Origin: Candidatus Culexmicrobium cathedralense | GTDB taxonomy: Archaea; Thermoproteota; Methanomethylicia; Culexarchaeales; Culexmicrobiaceae | Assembly (NCBI GenBank): GCA_025061115.1 | Contig: JANZKC010000002.1 | Location: 384,001-448,000 of the forward strand | Direction of reading: 5' to 3' | Length of the DNA stretch: 64,000 nucleotides | Shown here: positions 10,356 to 20,481 of the stretch, piece by piece | Numbering within the stretch: position 1 is the first letter of the stretch | How the letters are laid out: every line of letters begins with the position of its first letter | Made by a program: the position numbers and the translations under genes | Notes under the pieces: model-generated | What the model was told of the DNA's origin: nothing | Seen by the model: only the letters and a program-made list of their open reading frames with translations | Database searches by the model: none

Positions 10356-10913
10356 CTATGCAGGTTCAAAAAAGCGCAGCAACCTAAAAGCTTCCATCCT
10401 CGCTTTATAGTCGACTGGAACAGCCATAATGCCTTCCCCAGGCAACCCGAAAGCCACAATAGAGTTAAAGGGAGAACAGAGAACTGCTGGCAGGGCAAGC
10501 AAGTCCTCTTCTCCATCAACAATCATCAAATACTTCCCATCCAAAGCCAAGGCATACTGAATGGCAAGCCAAGCTTCACAAGTAATGCACCCAGCTGGAT
10601 TGCTAACCCTCAAAACTTTAGAGAAAAGGCCGGAATCATAGTTGAACGGCCTGATCTTCCTACCCACTTTAAAGTCAACTATGGATAGATCAGGTATGAA
10701 ATTCAGATTCAACATCCATCCAGCTACAACATCTCCAACAGCCACAAACTTAGGCGGCTTCCTCTCCTTAACGAGGTTAACCAAAGCTATAGCTGAATTC
10801 TCGCCGGAACCGCTCAGCACTATGCCATACGGGCGCTTAAACTCGCTCCTAAACTTCTCCATCAACTTTAAGCAATTGAATTGAATGGAGAAATCAGTGC
10901 ACCTCAATAGCAT
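10356..10913 (-). CDS. GTP-dependent dephospho-CoA kinase (DUF359)
   Basis: VGDVV, IVDFK, NPAGCIT, VDGEEDLLALP, FGLPGEG; synteny after spt4. Confidence 0.88.
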   Translation of the reverse strand: MLLRCTDFSIQFNCLKLMEKFRSEFKRPYGIVLSGSGENSAIALVNLVKERKPPKFVAVGDVVAGWMLNLNFIPDLSIVDFKVGRKIRPFNYDSGLFSKVLRVSNPAGCITCEAWLAIQYALALDGKYLMIVDGEEDLLALPAVLCSPFNSIVAFGLPGEGIMAVPVDYKARMEAFRLLRFFEPA

Positions 10914-11097
10914 ACCTACCCGGCTTAGACCTATTTAGGATTTTAGCCGTTTCAGATGAGGGATCGACAACTATCACCAGCCCCCTCCAGTACTCCGAGA
11001 AGTCTTTACCCCCGCAGTTCGGGCATACGTCGACATCGGCCTCCACCAGGTAGTGGCACTTCCTGCACGCCTTAAATGGCAAACCCCTTCTAGGCAA
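10894..11097 (-). CDS. spt4: Transcription elongation factor Spt4 (RpoE2)
   Basis: KACRKC...CPNCG, WRGLVIVVDP..SE.AK, PGRYAIEV. Confidence 0.95.
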   Translation of the reverse strand: MPRRGLPFKACRKCHYLVEADVDVCPNCGGKDFSEYWRGLVIVVDPSSETAKILNRSKPGRYAIEVH

Positions 11098-11679
11098 CTA
11101 CGCACCCTCCCCGCCCTTCACCTCTTCAGCTTCACCCTTGATGCGCTCAATCTCCTTCTCAATCCATGAAATAGCTCCAAGAAGCGGCTGCCTCATTGTG
11201 AGGCCCACCTTGACGCCCTTGCTGGAAATGCTCACAGTAACTACTCTAGCTCTAGCAATATCTCCTTTCTGGAGAAGTCTCTGCGACTCCTTGCCCATCA
11301 AAGCGCCCCTCCTCTTATCGTAGACAATGTAGTCGTCCATCACCTGCGACACGTGAATAAGCCCGTCAATTGGCCCCAACCGTATGAAAGCACCAAAATC
11401 CGTAACCTCAACTATTTCCCCCTCAACAACCTCCTGAACCTTAGGCAGAAAAGCTATGGCGTCGAAGGAAACTTCATGATATGTTGCTCCGTCCCCAGGA
11501 ACTATCATTCCGACCTCCGAAACCGATATGTTGGAAATAGCAATTATTATGCCAAGCTCACTGTCAATAAAACCCTCATACTTCTCTCTGAGAATCTCCA
11601 TAGCAACCTTATCAAGAGGTTCAGAAAACCTATTTGGAGGAATTCTAACCACATCGAGAACTTTAAGAAGGTAGTACAC
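11098..11679 (-). CDS. rpoE: RNA polymerase subunit Rpo7 (RpoE')
   Basis: DVVRIPP, PGDGATY, S1 domain GPIDGLIHVSQ, GLTMRQP. Confidence 0.96.
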   Translation of the reverse strand: MYYLLKVLDVVRIPPNRFSEPLDKVAMEILREKYEGFIDSELGIIIAISNISVSEVGMIVPGDGATYHEVSFDAIAFLPKVQEVVEGEIVEVTDFGAFIRLGPIDGLIHVSQVMDDYIVYDKRRGALMGKESQRLLQKGDIARARVVTVSISSKGVKVGLTMRQPLLGAISWIEKEIERIKGEAEEVKGGEGA

Positions 11680-11693
11680 TCATCTAGCCCCCA

Positions 11694-11724
11694 TTAAGCT
11701 TTAAGCTTAAGTGGCTTAAGCCAC
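11694..11724. promoter_or_regulatory. Two abutting perfect palindromes upstream of rpoE
   Basis: TTAAGCTT-T-AAGCTTAA (11694-11710) directly followed by GTGGCTTAAGCCAC (11711-11724). Confidence 0.45.
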
Positions 11725-11754
11725 ATAATAATAAAAAAGTTACGCTCGATCAAT

Positions 11755-12174
11755 CTAATACACTTCTCCCTCAAGCTCTAGGTGGTCGAACCCCCTTAAG
11801 AAAATCACTGGAACGCCAAGCTTCCTCAAGCTCCTCCTCAACGCAATATCATTCGTAGCAACCACCACAGAGTGCTTCCTAGCATACTCTATGATAGCGC
11901 TATCAGCATCTCCTGGAAACTCGAAGTCGATCACTTCACATTTCTTCGCAAGCTCCAAGGCAAGCCTGCTTTCAGCCCTCTCCTTAGGCCTTCCTCTCTC
12001 AGCCAAGTGGATAAGCTCATCCAAGGTTGACCTCAATATCACTGGCTTAAACGCAGCATTAAGAACCCGCCCAACCTCAGAGAATACGTCCAAAGGCTTC
12101 TGAACGGCAAGCAAAAGCATGTTAGTGTCAAAAACCACAACTATCCCGCGTTTCGACAAGGCAGATACACTCAC
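11755..12174 (-). CDS. PIN-domain protein (Fcf1/Utp24-like)
   Basis: [22 protein letters not shown]; canonical position after eif2g. Confidence 0.88.
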   Translation of the reverse strand: MSVSALSKRGIVVVFDTNMLLLAVQKPLDVFSEVGRVLNAAFKPVILRSTLDELIHLAERGRPKERAESRLALELAKKCEVIDFEFPGDADSAIIEYARKHSVVVATNDIALRRSLRKLGVPVIFLRGFDHLELEGEVY

Positions 12175-13439
12175 CCCTTAATGAAGCCATAGCCAATTAA
12201 CCGCCACCTACCGCCAATTCGCCTACTTATCGCTATCCTAGCTCCAACATCAGCACAAACAGGCCTCCTCAAAGCTACGTGAGCTTCATCTTTAGATAGA
12301 GAAGTAACCACTCCAAGAGTTGTTGCAGTTCCAACATTTATCATGAGGGGCTCCCTCATCCTTAAAGGCTCAACCCTCTGAGGCTCCTTCAATCCAACAA
12401 CCCACTCTAGCAAGTGAACTTCAAAAGTGAATTCATACCAGGTGGGCGGCAGAGTCCCAGGGTGGCCAACAACATTCCCCACAAGCGCGTCAGCCTTGGT
12501 TAAAGCAGGGTCAAGAAGAGTTCCAACACCTACAAGCCCTCCAGGCCTAGCTTCCTCAACGGGAACCTCACCTGCCTTTAAGCTCACAACCTCAGTGTGC
12601 AGAGGAACATACTCGACCTTCCCCATCCTCTCAACCTTTAAGCCAGGGCAAATTTCAATTTCATCCCCAACCCTCAGCTTGCCCTGAACAATCGACCCCC
12701 CTAAAACGCCGCCAACAAGCTTCTCCGGAGAAGTTCCAGGCTTATTGACGTCAAAAGACCTCGCAACAAGCATCCTGGGAGGCTTTGCAGGATCTCTATG
12801 GGGAGTTGGAATGTGCTCTTCAATTGCCTGAATTAAAACGTCAATATTAGCCTTATGAAGAGCCGAAACGGGAATTATGGGGGCATCCTCAGCAATCGTG
12901 CCTTTAATAAACTCCAAAATTTGCCGATAATTTTCCAAAATCTTCTCCCTAGATGCAACTTCAACCTTATTTTGAACTATAACTATATTTTTGACTCCAA
13001 TTATCTCAAGAGCTATAAGGTGCTCTCTAGTCTGAGGCTGAGGGCAAGGCTGAGTCGCATCAATCACCAGCAGAGCACCATCCATTAAGGTTGCCCCAGA
13101 AAGCATCGTCGCCATGAGCATTTCATGGCCAGGACAATCTACGAAGGAAACTCGTCTAAGCAAAAAAGTCTCAGACCCACAGTGCCTGCAGGTGAGCTCA
13201 GTAGTATAGCACTGAGGGGGAGGGCAATTAGGACACTTTCTAAAGCTGGCATCCGCATAACCCAACTTCAGAGTTAAGCCTCTCTTCAGCTCCTCACTAT
13301 GCCTAGCAGCCCAAACTCCAGTTAAAGCTTGAACAAGAGTTGTTTTACCGTGATCAACATGACCCGTAGTACCAATATTACATTCGGGCTGCTTGAACTC
13401 CTCCCCACCCTCACCCTTGCCGCTCCTCTTCCTGCTCAA
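12171..13439 (-). CDS. eif2g: Translation initiation factor aIF2 gamma
   Basis: [17 protein letters not shown], Zn ribbon, [22 protein letters not shown]. Confidence 0.98.
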   Translation of the reverse strand: MSRKRSGKGEGGEEFKQPECNIGTTGHVDHGKTTLVQALTGVWAARHSEELKRGLTLKLGYADASFRKCPNCPPPQCYTTELTCRHCGSETFLLRRVSFVDCPGHEMLMATMLSGATLMDGALLVIDATQPCPQPQTREHLIALEIIGVKNIVIVQNKVEVASREKILENYRQILEFIKGTIAEDAPIIPVSALHKANIDVLIQAIEEHIPTPHRDPAKPPRMLVARSFDVNKPGTSPEKLVGGVLGGSIVQGKLRVGDEIEICPGLKVERMGKVEYVPLHTEVVSLKAGEVPVEEARPGGLVGVGTLLDPALTKADALVGNVVGHPGTLPPTWYEFTFEVHLLEWVVGLKEPQRVEPLRMREPLMINVGTATTLGVVTSLSKDEAHVALRRPVCADVGARIAISRRIGGRWRLIGYGFIKG

Positions 13440-13794
13440 ACTTCAACTCCCCCTCAACCACAACCATGTTGATCTGCACAATATCCTCAGTAATCACGTT
13501 TCCCCGCACGGTCTTTCGCCTTCTCAGCCCCTTCTCCGTAGGTCTAAATCCAGGAGGTCCTGAAAGCAAAATCCTATACTTCTTGCCTCCAGGTAAGTAG
13601 GGAAGCATTGGAAAGCCAGCTTTATCCGAACCCCCCGTTATTTTCAACTTAACTCCTGGAAATCCCAATGAAGATCCATCTATGATATCTCCAATTTTAA
13701 GTCCAATAAGATTGTACGACGTAGGATCGCCAATTGTCACCTGCTTTGCTCTTCCCGACTTGGGGTCACTAATTACTAGCTTAAATTCAGGCAC
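13411..13794 (-). CDS. rps6e: 30S ribosomal protein S6e
   Basis: [29 protein letters not shown]. Confidence 0.97.
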   Translation of the reverse strand: MPEFKLVISDPKSGRAKQVTIGDPTSYNLIGLKIGDIIDGSSLGFPGVKLKITGGSDKAGFPMLPYLPGGKKYRILLSGPPGFRPTEKGLRRRKTVRGNVITEDIVQINMVVVEGELKFEQEEERQG

Positions 13795-13796
13795 GC

Positions 13797-15623
13797 CTAT
13801 ACCCTCCCACTCCGCCTCCTAATTTTTCCGATTTCTTTTAACAATTCAAGTTCTTCATCTGAAAGGGAATCTTTAAACTCCGAAGCCAGCACCCTCGCAT
13901 GGCTTTCAGGTACATTTACGTAAAGGACATCTCCCTCCTTTATATGTCTTCCCACAATTATATTTCCCTTAATTGAAATAGCTATGCTTTGACCGGCAGC
14001 CGCCTCCTTAATGGTCTTGCCCTTATCCTGAATTTGCAGAATTTCGCCGATAACTCTTCCATCACTTCTCATGAGCTGGTATCCAGGCCTGATTCTACCA
14101 ACCTTCACCTCAACACCGACTATGGCGGGGTCACTCCGCCTAAATACGCAGCCTGGCATAATTCTTATTTTGCCTGGCTTAATCAGCTCCTCAAACTTTC
14201 TCATGCGGTCCCGAGTCACGTTTTCATGATACCACTTCTGATAAGCTTCAACTAGCCTGTAAATAATGACGTCCCTGAAAATCTTTATCCCCCTACTCTT
14301 AGCTTCCTCCTCAGCATCCGGCAAAACCTTAACATTGAAGGCCAAGATCACGCCCCTATATAGATCACTATCCCTTACGATTGCAGCTTCAATGACGTCC
14401 CTCTTGGAAACTGGACCTACATCAGCAATTCTAACTGGAATGCCCAGCCTCTCAAGGTAGGAGGTAAGAGCTTCAAGCGACCCCAAAGTATCGGTTTTCA
14501 GCACAACTCCCGAGACTTTCCTGGAGATCCTTAGAACTGAAACCTCTTCAGCAACTGAACTTTGCACCTCTCCAATCTTCTTTACGTCATCAACTACGAT
14601 TATCGGCGCTCCAGCAACTGCTCCCTCCAAATTGGGAGCCACAACCTTAACTCCAGCAGCTGCTGCAACCTCCTCAACATTCATGAATCTATCTTCGGGA
14701 GAGCGCATCTCATCTAAGGGCTTGGGTAGAAGTAATGCTCTAACTCTGGTTACGATAGGCTTCTCCAATCCGCCGACAACGATCAAGTCTCCCCGCCTGA
14801 TAACCCCATCATAGATTATAACGTCAATAGTGGTCCCTAGCCCAGGCTCCTCCCTGACCTCCAAAACAACTCCCTTGGCAGGGCCAGAAGTAAACTTGAG
14901 CCTCTCAGTCATAAATCTCTGGGTCAATCCAGCTAAAACCATTAATAGCTCTGGAATGCCTTCACCAGTCTTAGCGCTAGTTGGAACAATAGCCACCGTC
15001 TTAGCGAAGTCCTTGATCCTATCAAACCTATCAGCTCTAAACCCAAGCCTATAAAACTCGTATATTATGTTACTTATCAGCTCATCTAGACGATTAACAA
15101 CCCACTCACTTTGCCTCCTAGAGCTCTCCAAGAAAGAGGCATTCTCGAAGGGCTTCCATCCAGGAATCTTATCTATCTTATTAGCTGCCACCAAAAATGG
15201 AGTTTTGCGCGCTCGAAGAATCTCAACAGACTCATAAGTTTGATTTTCAAAACCTTCAGTTACATCAATAACGAGGATAGCTATATCTGCTATTGAGCCG
15301 CCTCTCCTCCTCAAATTGACAAAGGCTTCGTGGCCAGGCGTGTCAATAAAAAGCAAACCTGGAATTTCAATGTCAGCTTTTACGGCCTTAAGCAATGGGC
15401 CGCAAATCTCCTTAAGCGTGGACCACGGTATAAAGCTAGCGCCAATATGCTGAGTCATCGTTCCAGGCTCCTTAAGCATTACAGCTGTACCTCTAATCTT
15501 ATCTAGAAGGGCAGTTTTGCCCACATCAACGTGCCCTAGCACGCAGACAATTGGCTGTCTAATTCTTCTCCTATCCGACAATGCCAGCACCTCTAAATGC
15601 TGCCACGCTATAGGCAAAGACAC
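13797..15623 (-). CDS. infB: Translation initiation factor aIF5B (IF-2); true start probably slightly downstream
   Basis: RQPIVCVLGHVDVGKT, TQHIGA, DTPGHEAF, NKID, DTLGSLEAL; no intein. Confidence 0.97.
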   Translation of the reverse strand: MSLPIAWQHLEVLALSDRRRIRQPIVCVLGHVDVGKTALLDKIRGTAVMLKEPGTMTQHIGASFIPWSTLKEICGPLLKAVKADIEIPGLLFIDTPGHEAFVNLRRRGGSIADIAILVIDVTEGFENQTYESVEILRARKTPFLVAANKIDKIPGWKPFENASFLESSRRQSEWVVNRLDELISNIIYEFYRLGFRADRFDRIKDFAKTVAIVPTSAKTGEGIPELLMVLAGLTQRFMTERLKFTSGPAKGVVLEVREEPGLGTTIDVIIYDGVIRRGDLIVVGGLEKPIVTRVRALLLPKPLDEMRSPEDRFMNVEEVAAAAGVKVVAPNLEGAVAGAPIIVVDDVKKIGEVQSSVAEEVSVLRISRKVSGVVLKTDTLGSLEALTSYLERLGIPVRIADVGPVSKRDVIEAAIVRDSDLYRGVILAFNVKVLPDAEEEAKSRGIKIFRDVIIYRLVEAYQKWYHENVTRDRMRKFEELIKPGKIRIMPGCVFRRSDPAIVGVEVKVGRIRPGYQLMRSDGRVIGEILQIQDKGKTIKEAAAGQSIAISIKGNIIVGRHIKEGDVLYVNVPESHARVLASEFKDSLSDEELELLKEIGKIRRRSGRV

Positions 15624-15646
15624 TGGATTTTAAGTGTTTTCCACTC

Positions 15647-16108
15647 TCAAAGCCACTTTTCATCTACTCTTTCATACCTATAAATCTCCCTAGAATCGAA
15701 AAGTATTGAAAGCTCCCTAGCAGCATTTTCAGGGGAATCAGCGGCATGAACAACGTTCTTGCTAATGTCCAGAGCAAAGTCCCCCCTAATAGTCCCAGGA
15801 TCAGCTTCAGCGGCATTAGTAGCGCCAACAATCCGCCTCACAACCGAAATTGCGCTTTTACCCTCAACAGCTATTGCCACTATTGGAGATGAAGTGACGT
15901 ATCTTATCAAGTCCTCAAAAAAGTGCTTGCCCCTATGTACGGCGTAGAGCTTTTCAGCCTCCTCTCTTGACAGCCACTTCATCTTAAGCCCAACGATCTT
16001 CAAACCCCTACGCTCCAAGCGGCTAATAACCTCACCCACGAGGCCCCTAACAACTCCATCAGGCTTGATCATCACAAAGGTCCTCTCAACATCTCCACTC
16101 AAGTCCAC
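15647..16108 (-). CDS. ndk: Nucleoside diphosphate kinase
   Basis: [27 protein letters not shown]. Confidence 0.97.
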   Translation of the reverse strand: MDLSGDVERTFVMIKPDGVVRGLVGEVISRLERRGLKIVGLKMKWLSREEAEKLYAVHRGKHFFEDLIRYVTSSPIVAIAVEGKSAISVVRRIVGATNAAEADPGTIRGDFALDISKNVVHAADSPENAARELSILFDSREIYRYERVDEKWL

Positions 16109-16175
16109 TGCCCCCTCAAACGATACGGAATTACTTTGATAAAAATTTAAGCAATAAGTTTAAGGAGTAAAGCTT

Positions 16176-16364
16176 TTACTTGGACTTAACCTTTTTCTTA
16201 ACCCACCTAACTCTATGAGGCTTCCTCTTGTAGACAAGCATGCTCTTCCTACACTTGCTCGAGCAGAAATAAAGTATTGTGCCATCAGCTTTAACATAAA
16301 TTATTCCAAAGCCAGAGGGAATTTCAGAACCGCAGAAACTGCACCTTCTAATGCGCAAGCTCAA
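16176..16364 (-). CDS. rpl24e: 50S ribosomal protein L24e
   Basis: CSFCG, FCSSKC, PHRVRW. Confidence 0.95.
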   Translation of the reverse strand: MSLRIRRCSFCGSEIPSGFGIIYVKADGTILYFCSSKCRKSMLVYKRKPHRVRWVKKKVKSK

Positions 16365-16378
16365 CTAAAAGCACCTCG

Positions 16379-16594
16379 CTAGCGTGGAGTAAGCTTTCTA
16401 GCTTCCCTCTCAGTTTCCCTCAGCATTAAAATATCCCCTAGCCTCACTGGCCCCTTCACGTTTCTAGTTAAAATTCTCCCCCTATCCCTACCTTCAAGAA
16501 CTCTAACTCTAACTTGAATAACCTCTCCGGTAACACCAGTCCTCCCAATTATCTGTATTACCTCAGCTGGCGTTGCATCTCTTTCGCTACTCAT
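16379..16594 (-). CDS. rps28e: 30S ribosomal protein S28e
   Basis: [24 protein letters not shown]. Confidence 0.97.
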   Translation of the reverse strand: MSSERDATPAEVIQIIGRTGVTGEVIQVRVRVLEGRDRGRILTRNVKGPVRLGDILMLRETEREARKLTPR

Positions 16595-16653
16595 TTCGCT
16601 GCACCACTTATGCTATGCATAAAGTCAGGTTCAATTTATGTTTTGCTATTCAG

Positions 16654-17109
16654 CTAGCCTTTGGATGACTTCTTTTTCCTAGACTTCTTAGCCTTCTTCT
16701 CCTTAGCCTCGGTTTCCTCAGCAGGCACGGCTGCTCCAGATTTGATCTTCTCAATCTCTGTAACTATCTCCTTAACTAGCTCTGCAGCATCTCCAGGATC
16801 TATAATGCAAGCTGAAGCAGCAGCAACGTCAATTCCAGCTGCCCTACCTAGCTGCGACTTGCTTGGAACGTAAACGTATGGAATTTTCCTCTCCTCGCAG
16901 AGCAATGGAATGTGAGCCACAATCTCTGGAGGATCAACATCTTCAGCGATCAGTACTAGCTTTGCCAATCCTCGCTCGATAGCCTTAGTGGTCTCATTCG
17001 TCCCCTTCTTAATTCTACCAGTATCCCTCGCTATTTGAACAGCCTCATAACTTTTCTCAGCTAGTTCAGGAGGAACCTCGAACCTCACATAAAATGGCTT
17101 AGACATCAT
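16654..17109 (-). CDS. rpl7ae: Ribosomal protein L7Ae with Lys-rich C-terminal tail
   Basis: [35 protein letters not shown]. Confidence 0.97.
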   Translation of the reverse strand: MMSKPFYVRFEVPPELAEKSYEAVQIARDTGRIKKGTNETTKAIERGLAKLVLIAEDVDPPEIVAHIPLLCEERKIPYVYVPSKSQLGRAAGIDVAAASACIIDPGDAAELVKEIVTEIEKIKSGAAVPAEETEAKEKKAKKSRKKKSSKG

Positions 17110-17171
17110 CTCACCTCTTCATCGAATCATGCGCTATAAGAATCAAAAAACCAGCTTATTAAGCTTATCGG

Positions 17172-18914
17172 CTAAGGATGCGTGTAGTAAAAGGTGAGTT
17201 TCTCACCTACATCATCAACTCTCACAAAGCCGAAGCGTACAAGCTGTATTCTATCATCCACCTTCAATTTCGAGCAGTGCTCCTCGCAGAAGCCGCCAAC
17301 CTCAGAGGCATCCGGCATAACCACCTTCGCTGGGAGACACCTATTCTTAGGAAGCCAGTGAATGATGGGAGCACGGGAAGGAAGCTCCTTTAAGTCAAAG
17401 CTGTGGAAGGTTGATGAAACAGCGTCTCTCCCAATACTTTCAACCTTAAAGTTAAGGAGCCCCATCAACCTAATGACGCTGCCCACTCTCATCTGATCAA
17501 CATCCCTCCTAGATATGAATAGCTCAGCGAAGCCGCCGCTCACATTAACGGCTATCTCCCTAAACCCCCTCTCGGGATAGCTCGGGTGGTATGGAATCTT
17601 AGCCACTAAAGCGCGCGGAACGCCTGCAATCCTCAAAGTGAAGGGATCATCTATGAAGAAGAACCTATTGGCAATAGGCTCAACGATTTTCCTATTAGCA
17701 GAATACAGGTTTTCAAGTGAAATTGAAGATTCAACCGGCTTCACCCCAACCTGTAAAATTATCTCCCTAATAGCCTCCGGAAAGAAGCCCCTCCTCCTAA
17801 GAGCCCTTAAAGTCCCCAATCGAGGATCATCCCAAGACTTAAACAAACCCTTCCTAATTCCTTCAGCTATCTTCGACTTGCTTAAAACCCAGCCGGTCAA
17901 CTTCAACCTGCCGAAATGTATTGCTTCAGGGTATTCCCAACCCAAGTACTTGTAGATGTACTGCTGCTTAACGGTATTGCTCATGTGCTCCTTACCCCGT
18001 AAAATGTGGGAAATCCTAAGTTCATGATCGTCAATCGCGCAGGCAAAATTGTATGTAGGCCAAACCCAATACCTACTCCCAACTCTAGGGTGGGGGTGCT
18101 GCTCGACATCTATAATTCTGAGAGCCACCCAATCCCTAATGGCAGGGTTTGGATGCGCCATATCAGTTTTAATTCTAACTACGGCTTCACCTTCACCCAA
18201 AAGCCCTTCAACCATCCTATCCCAAAGATCCAAGTTATCCTCGGAACTTCTGGAGCGGCAGGGACACGGCTTCCCTGCGGACTTAAATTTGCTGAAAACA
18301 TCTCTAGAGCAAGTGCAAACGTAAGCTGCACCCATCTCAAGCAACTTCACTGCATACGAGTAGTACATTGGAATCCTATCCGACTGAATATACTCTTCAT
18401 CCCACTCAGCCTTAAGCCAAAGCAGATCTTCCCTAATCCAGTCGTAAACCTCAATGATTGGCTTCTTGGTTTTAGGATCCGTATCCTCAAATCTTAGAAT
18501 AAACTTACCATTATACATGCGCGCATACTCATGGCATAAAACGATGGGCCTAGCGCTCCCCAAGTGGAGGGGAGCATCAGGATTTGGCGCAAACCTCGTC
18601 CTAACAACATCAAAGCGCTCAACATTGGGAAGAGGAGGGAGAACCTTCTCCTCAACCACCCTCTCAACAGCTAAAAGCTCAGGCCAATTAAGGCGAATGA
18701 CATTTTCCTGCTCACCCAAGCTCATCAAATTAACTTCATCAACTATCCTCCTAATGTGGGGAATAAGAAGCTTAACTCTAGGTTTCAAGTCGGGACGCTC
18801 ACCCAAAACCTTGGATAAAACTGGATTAAGCTCGGCTCTGCCTCCATGCTTATACGCGTTCAACAGCGCGTGCTTCCTAATTAACAGCTCAACGTCAGGA
18901 TCCAAAAACTCCAT
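17172..18914 (-). CDS. gltX: Glutamate--tRNA ligase, archaeal type
   Basis: RFAPNP..HLGS, LRFEDTDP, WPTYNF, LSKS, QLVRFGFVR. Confidence 0.97.
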   Translation of the reverse strand: MEFLDPDVELLIRKHALLNAYKHGGRAELNPVLSKVLGERPDLKPRVKLLIPHIRRIVDEVNLMSLGEQENVIRLNWPELLAVERVVEEKVLPPLPNVERFDVVRTRFAPNPDAPLHLGSARPIVLCHEYARMYNGKFILRFEDTDPKTKKPIIEVYDWIREDLLWLKAEWDEEYIQSDRIPMYYSYAVKLLEMGAAYVCTCSRDVFSKFKSAGKPCPCRSRSSEDNLDLWDRMVEGLLGEGEAVVRIKTDMAHPNPAIRDWVALRIIDVEQHPHPRVGSRYWVWPTYNFACAIDDHELRISHILRGKEHMSNTVKQQYIYKYLGWEYPEAIHFGRLKLTGWVLSKSKIAEGIRKGLFKSWDDPRLGTLRALRRRGFFPEAIREIILQVGVKPVESSISLENLYSANRKIVEPIANRFFFIDDPFTLRIAGVPRALVAKIPYHPSYPERGFREIAVNVSGGFAELFISRRDVDQMRVGSVIRLMGLLNFKVESIGRDAVSSTFHSFDLKELPSRAPIIHWLPKNRCLPAKVVMPDASEVGGFCEEHCSKLKVDDRIQLVRFGFVRVDDVGEKLTFYYTHP

Positions 18915-18927
18915 TTCACAAACCCCA

Positions 18928-19422
18928 CTACTCTAAACGGGGAATTAAGATGAAAATGTAACGCTGAGGCTTAACGTCGATCTGACCAACATACGCAATC
19001 CTACCTGAAACATCAGACCTCAAGTACCTCAACTCCCTCTTCCCCGTAAATATGGCTGCGAGCCTCCTACCAGGCGAAACAACCTCTCCAACGCGAACTA
19101 GTGGAACAACAATTCTCCCAAGAGCTTCAATCAAGTACACTCGCTCACCCTCATGAAGAAAAATAGGAGGCCCACTTAGAGGCAGCACCACAGCACTTTT
19201 AAGCACAACTCCAGCTTCGAAGTCGACCAGCCACCTATATGCATCGTCATAAACGCGCTGAATGTAAACGTCGCCCACAAGCTCTCCAACCTCATCCCCC
19301 ACGTCGAGCACCCGTAAACCCTCATCGCTGACAACTAGCAATCTATGCTTAGCCTTACCCCCACTAAAAGCACACTTAACTTCAGATTCAGATGCTTTAG
19401 CGAATATTCTTGGAATGCTCAA
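18928..19422 (-). CDS. DUF2118-like protein (biotinyl/lipoyl-like hybrid fold)
   Basis: VGEVVSPGRRLAAIFTGKRELRYLRSDVSGRIAYV hairpin pattern. Confidence 0.65.
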   Translation of the reverse strand: MSIPRIFAKASESEVKCAFSGGKAKHRLLVVSDEGLRVLDVGDEVGELVGDVYIQRVYDDAYRWLVDFEAGVVLKSAVVLPLSGPPIFLHEGERVYLIEALGRIVVPLVRVGEVVSPGRRLAAIFTGKRELRYLRSDVSGRIAYVGQIDVKPQRYIFILIPRLE

Positions 19423-19442
19423 AAAAGCACCTCAAAATCCCA

Positions 19443-20459
19443 TTAGTACTTTCTGGAAATCACAAAGTCAGCTAACTCCATGAGCAAGCGCTTGGCACCA
19501 CTTTCAGGCAATATTGAAATCGACTTCTTAGCAGAATCCACGTGCTTCTTAGCTAAATCGAGAACGTAACTTATAGAGCCCAAGTCCTCCAATAGCTTAA
19601 CAACCAATTTAAGCTCCTCCACAGAAATTTCACTTTTACCGTAAACCTTCATGATGGCTGCTCTTTGACTGCTGCTTGCATTGCTTAAAGCGTGAATCAT
19701 TATAAGAGTGCACTTACCCTCCCTCAAGTCGCTTCCAACAGGCTTCCCCAAAACCTTCTCATCGGCAGTTACTCCCAAAATGTCATCAAGCATCTGAAAA
19801 GCCAAACCAATGTTTTCGCCATAACTCGACAAGGCGCGAACTTGCTCCTCGCTTCCACCGCCGATAATGGACCCAATTTCGCACGAAACCTTGAAAAGCG
19901 CAGCAGTCTTCTTGTAAATCATCTCATAGTACTCCTCCTCGCTCACAACTTCCTCTTTAAGTCTCCCAGATAGGCTCATGTCTAAAGCTTGGCCTTCAGC
20001 AATAGTACTAACAGCCTCAGCCAACCTACGCGCAGCTTCAACAACTCTTTCCGGCGAAACTGAAATGTGCTTGGCGCATCGCAGTAATGCTTCAAAAGCC
20101 TTAGAAAATAGGAGGTCTCCAGCAATGATCGCGGTAGGAACACCCCAAATCCTATGTACGGTTGGAACACCCCTCCTAAAGTCATCTCTATCCATTATAT
20201 CATCGTGAACTAGAGTGAAATTGTGAATTAGCTCAACCGAGGCCGCCGCTGGCAGCACAGCACTTGCATCTCCGCCAACTGCAATGCACGACTGAACGAC
20301 TAAGAATGGCCTCAACCGCTTACCTCCAGCTTCAATCAAGTGCCTAGATGCAGCGTATAGCTCCCTAGGCTTAGCTTCATCCGGAAGAAGTCTACGTATA
20401 AAATCATCGACCTTAAAGCTGCACTGCTTAATGGCTTCAAGCAATTTCAACTTTAGCAC
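19443..20459 (-). CDS. idsA: Geranylgeranyl diphosphate synthase (short-chain polyprenyl synthase)
   Basis: GGKRLRP, HNFTLVHDDIMD, GQALD, KTAALF, FQMLDD, SDLREGK; start approximate. Confidence 0.93.
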   Translation of the reverse strand: MLKLKLLEAIKQCSFKVDDFIRRLLPDEAKPRELYAASRHLIEAGGKRLRPFLVVQSCIAVGGDASAVLPAAASVELIHNFTLVHDDIMDRDDFRRGVPTVHRIWGVPTAIIAGDLLFSKAFEALLRCAKHISVSPERVVEAARRLAEAVSTIAEGQALDMSLSGRLKEEVVSEEEYYEMIYKKTAALFKVSCEIGSIIGGGSEEQVRALSSYGENIGLAFQMLDDILGVTADEKVLGKPVGSDLREGKCTLIMIHALSNASSSQRAAIMKVYGKSEISVEELKLVVKLLEDLGSISYVLDLAKKHVDSAKKSISILPESGAKRLLMELADFVISRKY

Positions 20460-20481
20460 CTCCCAAGAATTACACAAGGAA

